IMG/VR virus record: IMGVR_UViG_3300020120_000303
DNA from: an uncultured virus (IMG/VR IMGVR_UViG_3300020120_000303)
Taxonomy: Duplodnaviria; Heunggongvirae; Uroviricota; Caudoviricetes
Length of the DNA: 64,000 nt
Reading direction: 5' to 3' (one strand)
The position numbers were made by a program, and so were the translations under genes. Position 1 is the first letter of the stretch; each line of letters begins with the position of its first letter. The notes below the pieces were generated by a model. That model was given only the letters and a program-made list of their open reading frames with translations. It was not told where the DNA came from and did no database searches. Shown piece by piece: positions 27,946 through 38,334 of this stretch.

Positions 27946-28284
27946 GTGTGGATCACCCTGTGCGAGGGCCTCGGCGCGGACGATCCGATCAAGCTGCTGG
28001 CCAGCTACGGCCTGGCCGGCCTTGTCATCATCGCCCTGGTGGTCGATCGCAAGTACATGCAGGCCAAGCTCAACGCGGCCGAGGCCAAGTACGACGCGCA
28101 GACGGAACGCCATCGTCTCGAGATGGACGCCTTCCACCAGCGCCACGAGGCGAAGGCCGAGAACTGGGCCGAGCACCTCAGCCAGATCGCGGCCAAGAAC
28201 CAGGAGAACGACGTGAAGATCATCGCCCTGCTCGAGGCGATGTTGCGCACGCGGGACAAGCGCGCGCCGGGCAACAAGCCATGA
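27946..28284 (+). CDS. Putative holin-like membrane protein (1 TM plus coiled coil)
   Basis: LLASYGLAGLVIIALVV hydrophobic segment followed by a charged coiled coil. Confidence 0.5.
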   Translation: MWITLCEGLGADDPIKLLASYGLAGLVIIALVVDRKYMQAKLNAAEAKYDAQTERHRLEMDAFHQRHEAKAENWAEHLSQIAAKNQENDVKIIALLEAMLRTRDKRAPGNKP

Positions 28285-28562
28285 CCGATGACGATCTGCC
28301 GAGCCCCCGCCGGCCGCGCCTCACGCCCGCGCACGAGGCGCGCCTTGAGCCCGTGGACGCCCGCAGCCGCGCGAGCTACGAGGACGCCGAGGCCGCGTTG
28401 CTGACCAAGGGCGAAGCGGGCGAGAAGCTCGACGAGCTGCTGGCCCTAATCAACGACGGCGGCGGCGTGCCGCAGGCCATGCTCGAGATGTCAGACTCGA
28501 CGGTGCACACGCTGACCCAGGTGCTGCACCCCAAGCCCAAGCCCCCGCCCGACGAGGGTTAG
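28281..28562 (+). CDS. Hypothetical protein
   Basis: ATGA overlap. Confidence 0.55.
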   Translation: MTDDDLPSPRRPRLTPAHEARLEPVDARSRASYEDAEAALLTKGEAGEKLDELLALINDGGGVPQAMLEMSDSTVHTLTQVLHPKPKPPPDEG

Positions 28563-29122
28563 GCCTGGGCGGTTTCCGAGAGCCGCGCGGGCGCGTCGGC
28601 TCTCTTTGGCGTGGCCTCGTCCAGCATGCGTGCCTTCCAAGCGCCGAAGTCGGCGCTGTCCTTGAGCGCCTCGACCAGAACCTCGATCAGCTTCCCCGGC
28701 TGCTGGATCGTGGGGGCGAGCGTCGGCGTCCAGTCCTCGGCCTTGGCGTCGAACGGCGTGGCCTGGTCGATGTCCGCGCTCGGCGCCTTGTCCTCGAGCT
28801 GGGCCAGGATGCGCTGGAACATCATCAGCTCTGCCCCGCCCCCGTCGACCTGCCCGATGCAGTCGGCAATGAACTCCGCGCGCTCCTGGGTCACGCGGAA
28901 GACGTTCTTGGTTTTGCGATCGCCCGCCAGCGCGCACGTGCCGACCCCGCGGGTCTGGAGAAAAGACTCGCTCGGATCCACCAGGCCGAGGTTGCAGCGG
29001 AAGCGCCAGAGCTTCGAGGCCTTCTCGCCCTTGAATTTCAGATCGTTGCGCAGCAGGAACAGCGCCAGGTACCAGCGCTCCGATGGTGTCGCGACCACAT
29101 CCCAGCTTCCGTCATGGTTCAT
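28559..29122 (-). CDS. Hypothetical protein (possible fibre chaperone)
   Basis: GGGAGG RBS before ATG 29122; last gene of the fibre cassette. Confidence 0.55.
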   Translation of the reverse strand: MNHDGSWDVVATPSERWYLALFLLRNDLKFKGEKASKLWRFRCNLGLVDPSESFLQTRGVGTCALAGDRKTKNVFRVTQERAEFIADCIGQVDGGGAELMMFQRILAQLEDKAPSADIDQATPFDAKAEDWTPTLAPTIQQPGKLIEVLVEALKDSADFGAWKARMLDEATPKRADAPARLSETAQA

Positions 29123-29142
29123 TGAAAAGGCCCTCCCGTTGG

Positions 29143-29544
29143 TTATGAGATCGCGCCGGCCAGGCTGGCATCGATGTGGCCCGCGCCCGCACTGCTGATG
29201 AGTGTCTCGAGCGCGGTCCGCCGCGCCGCCGGCGTGTTGGCGGCCGAGCGGGCCGCCGTGTACGCGTCTGTGTAGCCGGTCGGCGTGCTTCGCGACGACA
29301 GGATGAAGTAACGAAGTGGATCGTTGATCACGAGCCCCGCCGCCGGAGTCCCTTGTTTGGACAGGAGGCTGCTGATCCCGTTTTGGATGAGCATCGGGAC
29401 CGTGCAAACCAAGGCGTTGACCGCCAGCCCTGTCCAAAGCTGGACGTCGAACGTCAGGATCTGTAGGTCGTCATTGAGATGCAGCTCGGTGAGGATGAGC
29501 CGGGGGAACTGGACCGCGGCATAGGGCGTGGTCAGGGTCAGCAT
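29143..29544 (-). CDS. Hypothetical virion-associated protein
   Basis: GGAGG RBS; follows the collagen fibre gene. Confidence 0.6.
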   Translation of the reverse strand: MLTLTTPYAAVQFPRLILTELHLNDDLQILTFDVQLWTGLAVNALVCTVPMLIQNGISSLLSKQGTPAAGLVINDPLRYFILSSRSTPTGYTDAYTAARSAANTPAARRTALETLISSAGAGHIDASLAGAIS

Positions 29545-29556
29545 GTCGGTCCTCCG

Positions 29557-32370
29557 TCAGAAGCAGGGCAGGTAACGGGTATTGCCGTTGATGTCCACCG
29601 TCAGCCATTCCTGAACGGTGGTGTTTGATCCGACGGGGCCCACCGAGCCGAGCGTGGTGGCCACCGAGCCGTTGACTGTGGTGGAGTCGATGCGCGGCAG
29701 GCCGGCGTCGATCCAGAGCGAGTAGGCCTTGGTGATCGTCGTCGAGCCCGTGGCAACGGGCGCGGCGGCGATGTGGACGGTCGCCGCAAACGACACCGTC
29801 AGCGCGCTGCCAGAAGTGATCGTCGGCTGCTTGAAGTCGATCAGATTCAACCCGGTAGCTGTCGTCACGTTGGTCGCACCGGTCAGAGTGAGCGTCGCGG
29901 CCTGATAGTCCGTGCCGTCCCAGACCAGGCTCGTTGCTGAAGCCAACGTGTTGTTGTGCAACGTCGTTACCTGGCCGCCAGTCCGCACCAATTGCAGGAT
30001 CGGGAAGCCTGTGCGGTTGTCGAGCGTCCAACCGTCTTTATAGGCGGTGCCCGTCCACATGAAGGCGGACACGCCTTTACCAGTGGCGCCGCCGACGTGG
30101 CCGGTCAGTTGCAGGCGGCCGTTGGTCCCTAGTGGGTTGGCGCTGAGGACGACGCCGGTGGTGTTGGGCGCGAGTGCTCCGGCATTGCCAGCATCGGAGA
30201 TGACGAGGACGTTTGCGCCAAGACCGCTCGGATCGAAGTAGAACTGCGCGATTCCCGAAGCAGCGCTCGGGTCAATCCCGAAGAGACGCGTGGATCCCTT
30301 GAGTATGTCGAAGCGATCGTTGGTCGCATTGGTGACGTTGATGTTCCACGTGGTGACGCCGCTGACCCCAATGCTGATGGTCGCGTCGCCCGCCGTGGCC
30401 CCGCCTACGAACACCGACAGATTCGTGAGCGAGCTGGCGGTGTTCGAGCTGTTCTTGAGGAGCGCGGCCACGGAGCCGCCGCTGACGCCCTTTGTGAGGT
30501 CGAGGTCCACCGTGGGTGACGTACCGACGCCCACCTTGCCGTCAAAGCGCGCGTTCCCAGCACGCACCCAGAAGGCATACGGGCGGGTGATCGTGACCGA
30601 GCCAGCGGCAATGGGCGCCTGATCGATCGTGACTGTGGCCGCATCGCTGATCGTCACCGCGCTGCCATCGGTGATCGTCGGCGCCTCGAAGGCGGCCCAA
30701 TTGAATCCGGCCGCGGTTGTGATCGCGGTGGTGCCGGTGACCGTGACCGTGTTGGCCGGGAACTTGACCCGATCGAGTGTGGCGCCGCTGGCCGACGCCA
30801 CGGTGAGGTTCATCGCGAACAGCGCGATGGCCGCTGCGCCGATCTGGATCGATCCCTTGGTTGCGTGCGAGGTCGAGATGAAGGTGAGGCCGTCGCCCGA
30901 GCCGTCTCCGCCCGTCAGCGTCTGCCCGCCGGTGCGGCCAGCCAGCAGCGCGTATTGGGTATGATCGTCAAGGGCCAGGTTCGAAAGGAGGTGGTGATCG
31001 GTCGTCCCTGCAGGCCCGGTGGGGCCCGTGGCGCCTGTCGGACCCGTGGCTCCCGTGGCGCCGGTTGGTCCTGTCGCCCCCGTTGCACCCGTTGCGCCAG
31101 GTGGCCCGACCAGCGATGTCGCCCCACCCCAAGCGCCCGCCGTTTTCGCCCCGTAGATCGCGGGCACGGCGTTGTCGATGTAGTAGTCCCCATCGACCCC
31201 GAGCCCACCGGTGGGTGCGCCCGTGCCGTTGCGGATCGTCTTACCATCAGCGCCGGCGGCGCCGGTCGCCCCGGCTGCGCCTGCAGGGCCAGTAGGCCCC
31301 GCCGGACCTGTCGCGCCCGTTGCGCCTGTGGCACCAGCAGCTCCCGTTGCGCCCGTGGCACCAGGCGCGCCGTCCACGCCGGCTGGCCCCGTGGGCCCTG
31401 CTGGACCGGTAGCCCCGGTCGCTCCCGTTGCCCCGGCCGCGCCTGTCGCGCCGGTGGCGCCTGGTGCACCGTCGGCCCCCGCAGCGCCCGTGGCGCCTGT
31501 GGGCCCGGCCGGGCCCGTCGGACCGGTGGCGCCCGTGGCGCCCGTAGCTCCCGTTGGACCAGCGGGGCCGGCGGCTCCCGCGGGGCCGGTAGCACCAGCC
31601 GGACCTGTAGCTCCCGTGGGACCAGCAGGGCCGATGATCGAGTTGCCCGCGGGCCACGCGCCAGCGCTCTTGGGGCCGTACAGGAAGAAGGAAACCGTAT
31701 CGATGTAAAAATCGCCGTTGACGCCCGTGCTGGGACCCGGCGCGCCTGCCCCGCTGATCACGCCGCCCGGCCCGGCGGGCCCGACCAGGTAGACGCCGTC
31801 GCCCCAGTCGCCGGCCGCCTTCGGCCCGTAGATCTGGTACGTGACCGTGTCGATGTAGAAGTCGCCATTGAAGCCGAGCCCCGGGTCCGGCGGTCCCGAC
31901 CCATTGCGGAGCGTGCGGCCCGCGATGAGGTCGGCCAGGTCCTCGGGGATCGTGTCCGCCTCCTCGGGCCGCCCCACCGATTCACGCAGCTCGAGCGGCC
32001 CCATGGGGACGACCTGCGACCGCGCCCCGAGAGAGTCGATGAAGAAGACGTCGTAGTGGAAGCGCGCCCAGCTCAGCTCGGACGTGTCGCCGCCCATGAT
32101 CTCGAATTTGGCGAGACCGTTGGCCGCGTCGGTGAAGACCGCAGATCGAACAATGGTGGCCGTCACATCCGACGGCCGCCGGCGTACCGTGAGGACAAGC
32201 TGCCCGCCCGTGAGATTGACCGCGGCGCGAGCGCTGTTGACGACCCTAACCGCGATCACCGCATCTTCGGCCGTTACCAGCTCGAGGCGCTGGACCGTCG
32301 GCACGGCAGGCACGCCGACCGACGGCACGCTGCCGTCGTTGAGAACCGCGCTGAGATGCAGATTGATCAC
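29557..32370 (-). CDS. Collagen-like fibre protein
   Basis: N-terminal BppU-like domain, three G..GD[FY]YID...IYG[PA]K..G.W modules, long Gly-X-Y tracts, beta-rich repeats and C-terminal [11 protein letters not shown]. Confidence 0.85.
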   Translation of the reverse strand: MINLHLSAVLNDGSVPSVGVPAVPTVQRLELVTAEDAVIAVRVVNSARAAVNLTGGQLVLTVRRRPSDVTATIVRSAVFTDAANGLAKFEIMGGDTSELSWARFHYDVFFIDSLGARSQVVPMGPLELRESVGRPEEADTIPEDLADLIAGRTLRNGSGPPDPGLGFNGDFYIDTVTYQIYGPKAAGDWGDGVYLVGPAGPGGVISGAGAPGPSTGVNGDFYIDTVSFFLYGPKSAGAWPAGNSIIGPAGPTGATGPAGATGPAGAAGPAGPTGATGATGATGPTGPAGPTGATGAAGADGAPGATGATGAAGATGATGATGPAGPTGPAGVDGAPGATGATGAAGATGATGATGPAGPTGPAGAAGATGAAGADGKTIRNGTGAPTGGLGVDGDYYIDNAVPAIYGAKTAGAWGGATSLVGPPGATGATGATGPTGATGATGPTGATGPTGPAGTTDHHLLSNLALDDHTQYALLAGRTGGQTLTGGDGSGDGLTFISTSHATKGSIQIGAAAIALFAMNLTVASASGATLDRVKFPANTVTVTGTTAITTAAGFNWAAFEAPTITDGSAVTISDAATVTIDQAPIAAGSVTITRPYAFWVRAGNARFDGKVGVGTSPTVDLDLTKGVSGGSVAALLKNSSNTASSLTNLSVFVGGATAGDATISIGVSGVTTWNINVTNATNDRFDILKGSTRLFGIDPSAASGIAQFYFDPSGLGANVLVISDAGNAGALAPNTTGVVLSANPLGTNGRLQLTGHVGGATGKGVSAFMWTGTAYKDGWTLDNRTGFPILQLVRTGGQVTTLHNNTLASATSLVWDGTDYQAATLTLTGATNVTTATGLNLIDFKQPTITSGSALTVSFAATVHIAAAPVATGSTTITKAYSLWIDAGLPRIDSTTVNGSVATTLGSVGPVGSNTTVQEWLTVDINGNTRYLPCF
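31010..31630 (-). repeat. Gly-X-Y collagen coding repeats
   Basis: GAT/GPA/GPT triplets with 9-bp periodicity. Confidence 0.9.
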
Positions 32371-32384
32371 GGTGCCTCTGGCGC

Positions 32385-33092
32385 TCAGCCCAAGGTCATG
32401 GCGTCGAACTCATCGCCGGCGTAGTTGGCCGACTTGCGGTCTCCCGCTGGGCGCGCACGCGTGATGTGCACGGCCGTCACCTCTCCGATGTGCTGCACGA
32501 TGTGCGGCAGGAGCATTCCGAATCGCAGGCCCTTGAAGTAGTAGCGCAGGGCGAACAGGCGCCCGAACTGCTTCTCGCCGGGCGCGTGAGGCACGACGAT
32601 CTCGGCGTGCTGCTTGTCCGGCCACATGAGCGCAAGCGAGCGCAGGGGGATCTTGACCGCCTGTACCCCACTTTGAATCACCCCCTTGTCGGGCACCGCG
32701 CGCTCCTCCAAGCCTGCCTTCGCGCCCGCCGGCGTGTAGAAATCGAAGAACGAGACGAACGCGAGGTCCGCGGGCACCTCGTACTCGACGATCTTCTTCA
32801 CTGCGTTTTTGGACAACACGATGTCGTCCTCGAAGAAGGCCAGGTCCTGCTGACGTTCGCGCGCCAGTTTCACAACGGCCTCCAGCCCAGGGAGCGTGCC
32901 GGTCGACGTGGCCGTGCTCCTCACGGTCCAGCCCTCCGGCGCGACGCCCTCGAAGGGCCCGTCGCAATAGATCAGCTTGTCTTCCTTCGGCAGACCGGCG
33001 CCCCCGGCCGCATCGATCCGCTTGATGGTCTCGTTGAAGTACGAGAATTCATTCTCTCGCTTGGTGGTGTTGACGACGAGCAAAGTCGACAT
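32385..33092 (-). CDS. Putative GT-A fold glycosyltransferase
   Basis: N-terminal [23 protein letters not shown] (DxD-like) and PHIVQHIG, a pattern like GT25/GT54 enzymes. Confidence 0.65.
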   Translation of the reverse strand: MSTLLVVNTTKRENEFSYFNETIKRIDAAGGAGLPKEDKLIYCDGPFEGVAPEGWTVRSTATSTGTLPGLEAVVKLARERQQDLAFFEDDIVLSKNAVKKIVEYEVPADLAFVSFFDFYTPAGAKAGLEERAVPDKGVIQSGVQAVKIPLRSLALMWPDKQHAEIVVPHAPGEKQFGRLFALRYYFKGLRFGMLLPHIVQHIGEVTAVHITRARPAGDRKSANYAGDEFDAMTLG

Positions 33093-33139
33093 TGGGCGGG
33101 ATCCTTTGAAGAGGGGTTTGATAGGGGGGTGGGTTGGGG

Positions 33140-33988
33140 CTACTCGGGGGCATCGCCGGGATAGACAGACGATCCGTCGCCGTTCAACAGCTCGACCACC
33201 CAACCGTTGCCGTGTCCCGCAACTCCGACATTCCAGCGCATCTGCACGGACGCGACGCCATTCGTGTCGCGAACGATCACATGCGCGCCGACGTTGCCGC
33301 TGCTGCTCCCGCCGGACAGGCCTTCGATGATCGTCGCGTTGATGACGAGCTGGTTCGTAGCGTGCGGGGCCATCGTGCGGAACGTATGCGGCTGATGGTC
33401 GGCCGTGCCATTGGGCAGCGTCAGCGTCACGGTCCCAGCCGCAATCGCAACATCGGTGTGCGTCTTGGCCAGATCAACGGTGCCGTCTGCGAAGAAGGAC
33501 TCGTAGCCGCCAGCTCCGGCGGGGCCGGCCGGGCCAGTCGGGCCAGTTGGCCCTGTCGGACCTCTCGCACCCGTCAGACCGGTCGGGCCCGGCGACGATG
33601 GCAACAGACCCCAGGAGATCGTGCCCGTGGCGGGGCCGCCCAGATCACCCTTGGTCAGACGGCCGTTCGCATGCCAGACCTCCGGAATCGCATCACCATC
33701 GACCAGGAGCTGGATCACGGTGCGTGCGCCCAAAAATCCCACGCGGATCGGCGTCGGTACGCCCGGCGTCACCTCATCGCCAAAACCCTCGCCGTTCATC
33801 ACGCGGAGCTGACTGTCCGGAACCCCCTGCGCACCGGCCAGGATCCGGAGCTGGACGGCGGTGTCGAACACTACGTCGCCCACGAACCCGCTGAAGTCCT
33901 TGTAGGTCCCGTCGCCCGTGTCCAACCACGTGATGATTCCGCCCTCGGTGGGCTGCGGAGGTTGCGCGATCAGGATGTCGTCTTTCAT
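33140..33988 (-). CDS. Virion protein with short collagen segment
   Basis: [25 protein letters not shown]; beta-rich C-terminal domain. Confidence 0.7.
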   Translation of the reverse strand: MKDDILIAQPPQPTEGGIITWLDTGDGTYKDFSGFVGDVVFDTAVQLRILAGAQGVPDSQLRVMNGEGFGDEVTPGVPTPIRVGFLGARTVIQLLVDGDAIPEVWHANGRLTKGDLGGPATGTISWGLLPSSPGPTGLTGARGPTGPTGPTGPAGPAGAGGYESFFADGTVDLAKTHTDVAIAAGTVTLTLPNGTADHQPHTFRTMAPHATNQLVINATIIEGLSGGSSSGNVGAHVIVRDTNGVASVQMRWNVGVAGHGNGWVVELLNGDGSSVYPGDAPE

Positions 33989-34001
33989 TTGGTTCCCCGC
34001 T

Positions 34002-34025
34002 TGTTGACCTGTTGACCTATGGACC
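34002..34025 (+). repeat. 8-bp repeat array (TGTTGACC TGTTGACC TATGGACC)
   Basis: In the 5' leader of the fibre cassette. Confidence 0.7.
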
Positions 34026-34030
34026 TGCGC

Positions 34031-34066
34031 ATCGTCTCCCGGTCAGCCCCGAGCCTCAAGGTTTCA
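34031..34066 (-). promoter_or_regulatory. Phage promoter motif (TGAAACC-TTGAGG-N17-GACGAT)
   Basis: Upstream of the fibre/glycosyltransferase cassette. Confidence 0.6.
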
Positions 34067-34777
34067 GCCCCCGTTCTTGAGCCGCTCCTCCAACGTGTCG
34101 CGTATCTCCTCGGGGTAGTCCTGCAGGTCCGGCTCCCAGTCAGGGCCATCGATGGGCGGCGGGGACCCGAAGCCTTCGTCGGGCTCGCTGTCGGGCGGCT
34201 CGTCGTCGATCCCCTCGTCCGCAGCCTCGTCCGCCGATAGCGGCGTGACCACCGAGCGGCAGTTGAAGTGCAGCGGCGGCGTGCGGTTCTCCCAGGCCGG
34301 GTCATCCGCAGCCAGGACGGTGCCATCGTTGTCGTGGCAGACCTCGGTCTGCGCGTCATCGTCGATCCCATCAAAGCGCAGGTAGGGCCGGAACTGCCGG
34401 ACCGACGGGGCCGAGATCACGGCATGGCGGCCGCCGTTGTAGGCAGTGAGCAGGTTGGTCCGGAAGATGGTCTCGAGCCGCCCGGGCTTGTCGGCCCCCC
34501 AGTGCTCGACCAGCTTGGCCCCGGCGTCTGCCTTGAAGGTCTCGAACGTCGTCCCCTGCTCGAGCGCGGAGGCAAGACTGTCGAAGACCTCGGTGATGAG
34601 GTCGGCCAGCGTGACCTCGGAAACCGTACCAGCGAACTGCTTTTGGCCCTTGTTGAGCTTGTCCCACTCTTCGCGTTTCATTGGCACGCGGGCGCGGAAT
34701 TTCTGGATCGCCTCGGTGAACTGGTTGGGGTCCGCAGGGATCCCGTCTTCGGTGCCGCCGCCTCCGCGTTTTGGCAT
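34064..34777 (-). CDS. Minor head protein (Mu gpF / SPP1 gp7 family)
   Basis: RLETIFRTNLLTAYNGGR, DGTVL..DDPAW...PPLHFNCRS. Confidence 0.92.
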   Translation of the reverse strand: MPKRGGGGTEDGIPADPNQFTEAIQKFRARVPMKREEWDKLNKGQKQFAGTVSEVTLADLITEVFDSLASALEQGTTFETFKADAGAKLVEHWGADKPGRLETIFRTNLLTAYNGGRHAVISAPSVRQFRPYLRFDGIDDDAQTEVCHDNDGTVLAADDPAWENRTPPLHFNCRSVVTPLSADEAADEGIDDEPPDSEPDEGFGSPPPIDGPDWEPDLQDYPEEIRDTLEERLKNGG

Positions 34778-34784
34778 CGCCCGC

Positions 34785-36827
34785 TCAAAGTTCCTCGAGC
34801 ACGCCGAGGCGGCCTGCCATGTGGGCCATGATCTGCGCCCGCTCGACCACGCGCCGGAGCGCCGTTGCGTCGGCGCCTTTGTAGCGCCGGGTGAGGCGTG
34901 CCCTCAGATCGGCGGGGCTCGTGGCCTTGTCGACGTCCTCGAGAATGCCGGCGAGGTCCTGCTTGAGCGCCTGGGCGGCCCGTCGCTTGGCCGCCTTCTT
35001 GAGGGCATCGGCATACTTGGCGGTCCGCTTGTGGCCCGCCACCCCGGGACCTGGTGCCCCGCTGAGTCGTTCGATTTGCTCGTCAGGGTCCTGTTGACCT
35101 AGCGCCGTGGCTGTTGAAATGACTAGTTTGGCAAGGCCACTCTTCACGCCTGGCGGCGTCGCCGCGCCGTCGGCCGGCAACGGCGGGGGCTCCTTACCGT
35201 CGGCCGGCAGCTGCGGCGGCGCTGCCTGATCCCCTGCCCCGCTGGCCCCGTCCCCTGGCCCCGTCCCCGCCTCAGCCTGCGCCGCCGTGGCAACCGTGGC
35301 GGCATGTTTGGCCTGGAACTCGGCCACGGTCAAATCCCCATCGGGATTGCGACCGCCGCCTTCGCCCTCGAGCGGCCCCATGCCCGCGGCCGCGCGCGCC
35401 TCGTTCACGGTCACGATCGCGCCCAGCGCTGACGGGGTGAGCGCCACGCGGCCACCAGCGCCCGAGGTCGCGCCCTCGTCCAGCTCGGCTGCGGCAAGCA
35501 GCGGGATTCCCCAGATCGCGGCGATGGCGTCCGTGTCGATCTCGAGGCCAGCCAGCTGCAGCGCCGTGACGGCCACGCCCACCGCCTCGAGCGTCTGGGC
35601 CTCTTTCAGCTCGTCCTCGGGCTCCTCGACCACGTAGCGCGCCCGCGGCGCCAGCGCCGGATCGCCATAGTTGCGCTCGGCCCAGTGGGTGAGCCCCTGC
35701 TTTTGCAGGGTGTCCGCGATCACCGCGTCCTCGAGAAGCTTGGTGAAGGCGACGCCGGCGTGGACATCGGCGGCAGCGCGTGAGCCTCCCTGCACCTCGG
35801 TGGTGAGGTTCTGGCCCAGGACCGTCACCGCGATGTTGACCTCGATTTTGCCGATCAGCCGCTCGAAGCCCTCCTCGCTGCGGCCCATGGGCTCGACGAT
35901 GCTGAACTTGTATCTTGGCGCGTCCTTGTCGCCGGTCACGGGCAGGAACAACGCGGTCTCGGATCCCCGATTGGCGACGTCCTGCATGACCTTCTGCTTT
36001 TCGTCGTCGGGCGCGTTGTCGGGCACCTCGAGCACGTCGGCGGGCATGCCGTGCTTTTCGCTGTAGCGGGACCAGTCGCGGTATGCCCACTGCCGGCACA
36101 GGTACAGCATGGCCAGCGGGCGCAGCATGGCGCGCCGCCAAGGCGATCGGAACCCGTACGGCATGTAGATGATCCACTTGCCATCACTGCGGGCATTCTC
36201 CTCGGTCGAGGGCAGATCGATGAGGCCCTCCATGGTCCGCAGCTGGTAGATGCCCTTCTGGTAATTCCAGCGCAGGAACTGCGGGTGCCACACGCGCGTG
36301 GTGAAGGTCGAGAAGGTCGGATCGCTGTAGTCCCACATGATCTCGGCCACGCCGATGCCGAGCAAGCGACCCCAGTGCAGCAGCTCGGAGACCACGTCTT
36401 TCGGGAACATGGTCGCCCAGAGCCCGGGCTCGTCGTCGCTGCCCTGGATCAGCTCGGCGATCTTCTTGGCCTTGAGCTTGGGCTTGACCGTCGATGCCTT
36501 GATCGCCAGATCGGAGGCCACGAGCGCGCCCCAGCGCGTGGAGGTCGTGCCGCTGATCCGGTCGTCCCTCAACATGGCATCGGCTAGCTTGGCCGCGTCC
36601 TCGAAGGACGTGCCATCTTCGAAGGTCCTCAACACGGACTTGATTTGGCCAACACGGTCCAACTCGAGGAAGCCGGCCACCGGGGGCATCTGCTGCAGGG
36701 TTCCCGCACGGACTGTCCCCCGGCCTGGCGGCCGGGCCTTCAGGACGGTGACCGCCGCTCCATCACGGGCAGTCCCCGTCGCCACCACGGCTAACTTGCC
36801 TCGCTGCCTGTTCCTGCGCTTGGACAC
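34785..36827 (-). CDS. Portal protein (DUF935, Mu gp29-like)
   Basis: EI.W, W..YSEKHGMP and VLGQNLTT..GGSRAAADVH motifs; start inferred at GTG 36827 from promoter spacing. Confidence 0.9.
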   Translation of the reverse strand: MSKRRNRQRGKLAVVATGTARDGAAVTVLKARPPGRGTVRAGTLQQMPPVAGFLELDRVGQIKSVLRTFEDGTSFEDAAKLADAMLRDDRISGTTSTRWGALVASDLAIKASTVKPKLKAKKIAELIQGSDDEPGLWATMFPKDVVSELLHWGRLLGIGVAEIMWDYSDPTFSTFTTRVWHPQFLRWNYQKGIYQLRTMEGLIDLPSTEENARSDGKWIIYMPYGFRSPWRRAMLRPLAMLYLCRQWAYRDWSRYSEKHGMPADVLEVPDNAPDDEKQKVMQDVANRGSETALFLPVTGDKDAPRYKFSIVEPMGRSEEGFERLIGKIEVNIAVTVLGQNLTTEVQGGSRAAADVHAGVAFTKLLEDAVIADTLQKQGLTHWAERNYGDPALAPRARYVVEEPEDELKEAQTLEAVGVAVTALQLAGLEIDTDAIAAIWGIPLLAAAELDEGATSGAGGRVALTPSALGAIVTVNEARAAAGMGPLEGEGGGRNPDGDLTVAEFQAKHAATVATAAQAEAGTGPGDGASGAGDQAAPPQLPADGKEPPPLPADGAATPPGVKSGLAKLVISTATALGQQDPDEQIERLSGAPGPGVAGHKRTAKYADALKKAAKRRAAQALKQDLAGILEDVDKATSPADLRARLTRRYKGADATALRRVVERAQIMAHMAGRLGVLEEL

Positions 36828-36870
36828 CGTGGCCAGCATGCCGGCATGGCCACGGGCCCTCAACGTTTCG
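36828..36870 (-). promoter_or_regulatory. Phage promoter motif (CGAAACG-TTGAGG-N17-CATGCT-N7-GTG)
   Basis: Precedes the portal; abuts the octamer array CGTGGACC TATTGACA TGTTGGCT (36869-36892). Confidence 0.62.
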
Positions 36871-36930
36871 TGGACCTATTGACATGTTGGCTCGCCCGTA
36901 GACCCCAACCAAACAATAGGCCAGCCGTTT

Positions 36931-38334
36931 TCAGATTCGCCGGGGGGCGTGCACCGTGGGCAGGGGCCTGCCGACCCGTGGTGCTGAGCCGCTGAGCATG
37001 AGGTGGGTTAGGGCCCAGACGTCCGCATCGAGACGGTCGGGACTCTTGCGGGCCAACAGCGGGTTCCACGTGGTCATCTGGTCCTCGAGTCTTGCGTGGA
37101 CACCGACGTGGTGCACCTCGCCCTTCTCGTAAAGTGTCGCGATCGGCTCGGCGCGGATGGCCTTACCTCGCGATGCCGTGACCGCCTGGTAGGCCACGGG
37201 CCGGTCGCGCGCGTAGGCCCGCAGGGTCGATCCCACCAGGGCGCCGCCGTTGTTGACCTCGGCGATGATCTTGTCCATCTGCTGATCGTGGTAGGCGTCG
37301 ACCGCGATTTTCGCCCACTCCTCGGGCTGGTAGTAGCCCGACAGGTCGCCCAGCACGAAGCCGTGTATGGCCTCCTTGTTCTGGCAGATGCAGCGGCCGA
37401 CGCCCGCGTAGACGATGCCGGTCTCGGCGGTGAAGATCTCGGTCTCGGCGGCACGCTTGCGATCGGCTTCGTCGGCCGTGGCCGGATCGATCGCCAGCAC
37501 GACGCGCAGCAGATCGAACGGCGGCACGACCACGCGCGACCTTTCGATCGTCGACATCTTGAACATGGCGCCCGGCGTGTCGCCGAGCAGCTCGCCGCGG
37601 ATCTCCTGCTGGCCAAGGCGCGTGCCCTCGAATTCGTCGCGGATCGCCTCGAAGAACTTGCGGTCAAGGTTCTTGGCATTGTCGTAGGTGCTGCCGCCTT
37701 GGACGATGCTGCCCGGGTTGATGACGAGCTGGCGGATCAGAGCCGTCGGCCGCGGGGTCATCGTGATCACCATCTGGGGGCTGTCGCCCCGCGGGCCGGT
37801 GATGCGGAGGGCGAGCCGGATCAGCTTCCAGGTCATCTCGGCATTTCGCCAAGACCCAAGCTCGTCGGCCCAGAGGTAGTCGTGGTTGCCACCGCGGGCA
37901 CGCTCGGGCTCCTCGGAGCTGTAGAGATGGGCCACGGCGCCATTGGGCCAGTGCAGCTCGCGGTCCTTGGCGATCCAGGTTGGGCGATCAACCTCCGGCG
38001 TGATGGCGAGGATCCCGCTCGGTCCCTCGATCATCAGCTTTCGGCCGTCGCCGAGGGTGGGGGCAACCAGCGCGATGTTACGCCGCCGGCCCTGGGCTAC
38101 CTGGGCGCGCACCGTCTGCGCACCGGTCATCGTCTTGCCCCAGCCGCGGCCGGCCTTGATGATCCAATAATCCCAGTCCTTCCTCGCCAGCGCCGCGCCC
38201 GGCTCGCCAGGCGGGATCTGCTCGGGCCGCGCCATCGAGGTCCAGTCATAGGCGTTGATGGCGCGCCGGTGGGCGGCCTGCCGTTCGGAAAGGATGCTCG
38301 CAACGAGCCGGAGGCGGGCAGCGAAGGCGGTCAC
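36931..38334 (-). CDS. terL: Terminase large subunit
   Basis: AGRGWGKT Walker A, LWADEL Walker B, TMTP, AIDPA, AEVNNGG and SPDRLDADVWAL; GTG start overlaps the upstream stop. Confidence 0.95.
   Translation of the reverse strand: MTAFAARLRLVASILSERQAAHRRAINAYDWTSMARPEQIPPGEPGAALARKDWDYWIIKAGRGWGKTMTGAQTVRAQVAQGRRRNIALVAPTLGDGRKLMIEGPSGILAITPEVDRPTWIAKDRELHWPNGAVAHLYSSEEPERARGGNHDYLWADELGSWRNAEMTWKLIRLALRITGPRGDSPQMVITMTPRPTALIRQLVINPGSIVQGGSTYDNAKNLDRKFFEAIRDEFEGTRLGQQEIRGELLGDTPGAMFKMSTIERSRVVVPPFDLLRVVLAIDPATADEADRKRAAETEIFTAETGIVYAGVGRCICQNKEAIHGFVLGDLSGYYQPEEWAKIAVDAYHDQQMDKIIAEVNNGGALVGSTLRAYARDRPVAYQAVTASRGKAIRAEPIATLYEKGEVHHVGVHARLEDQMTTWNPLLARKSPDRLDADVWALTHLMLSGSAPRVGRPLPTVHAPRRI

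Noticed and set aside
29557..32370. Diversity-generating retroelement or invertible fibre switch
   Set aside because: No reverse transcriptase, invertase or TR/VR pair noticed.
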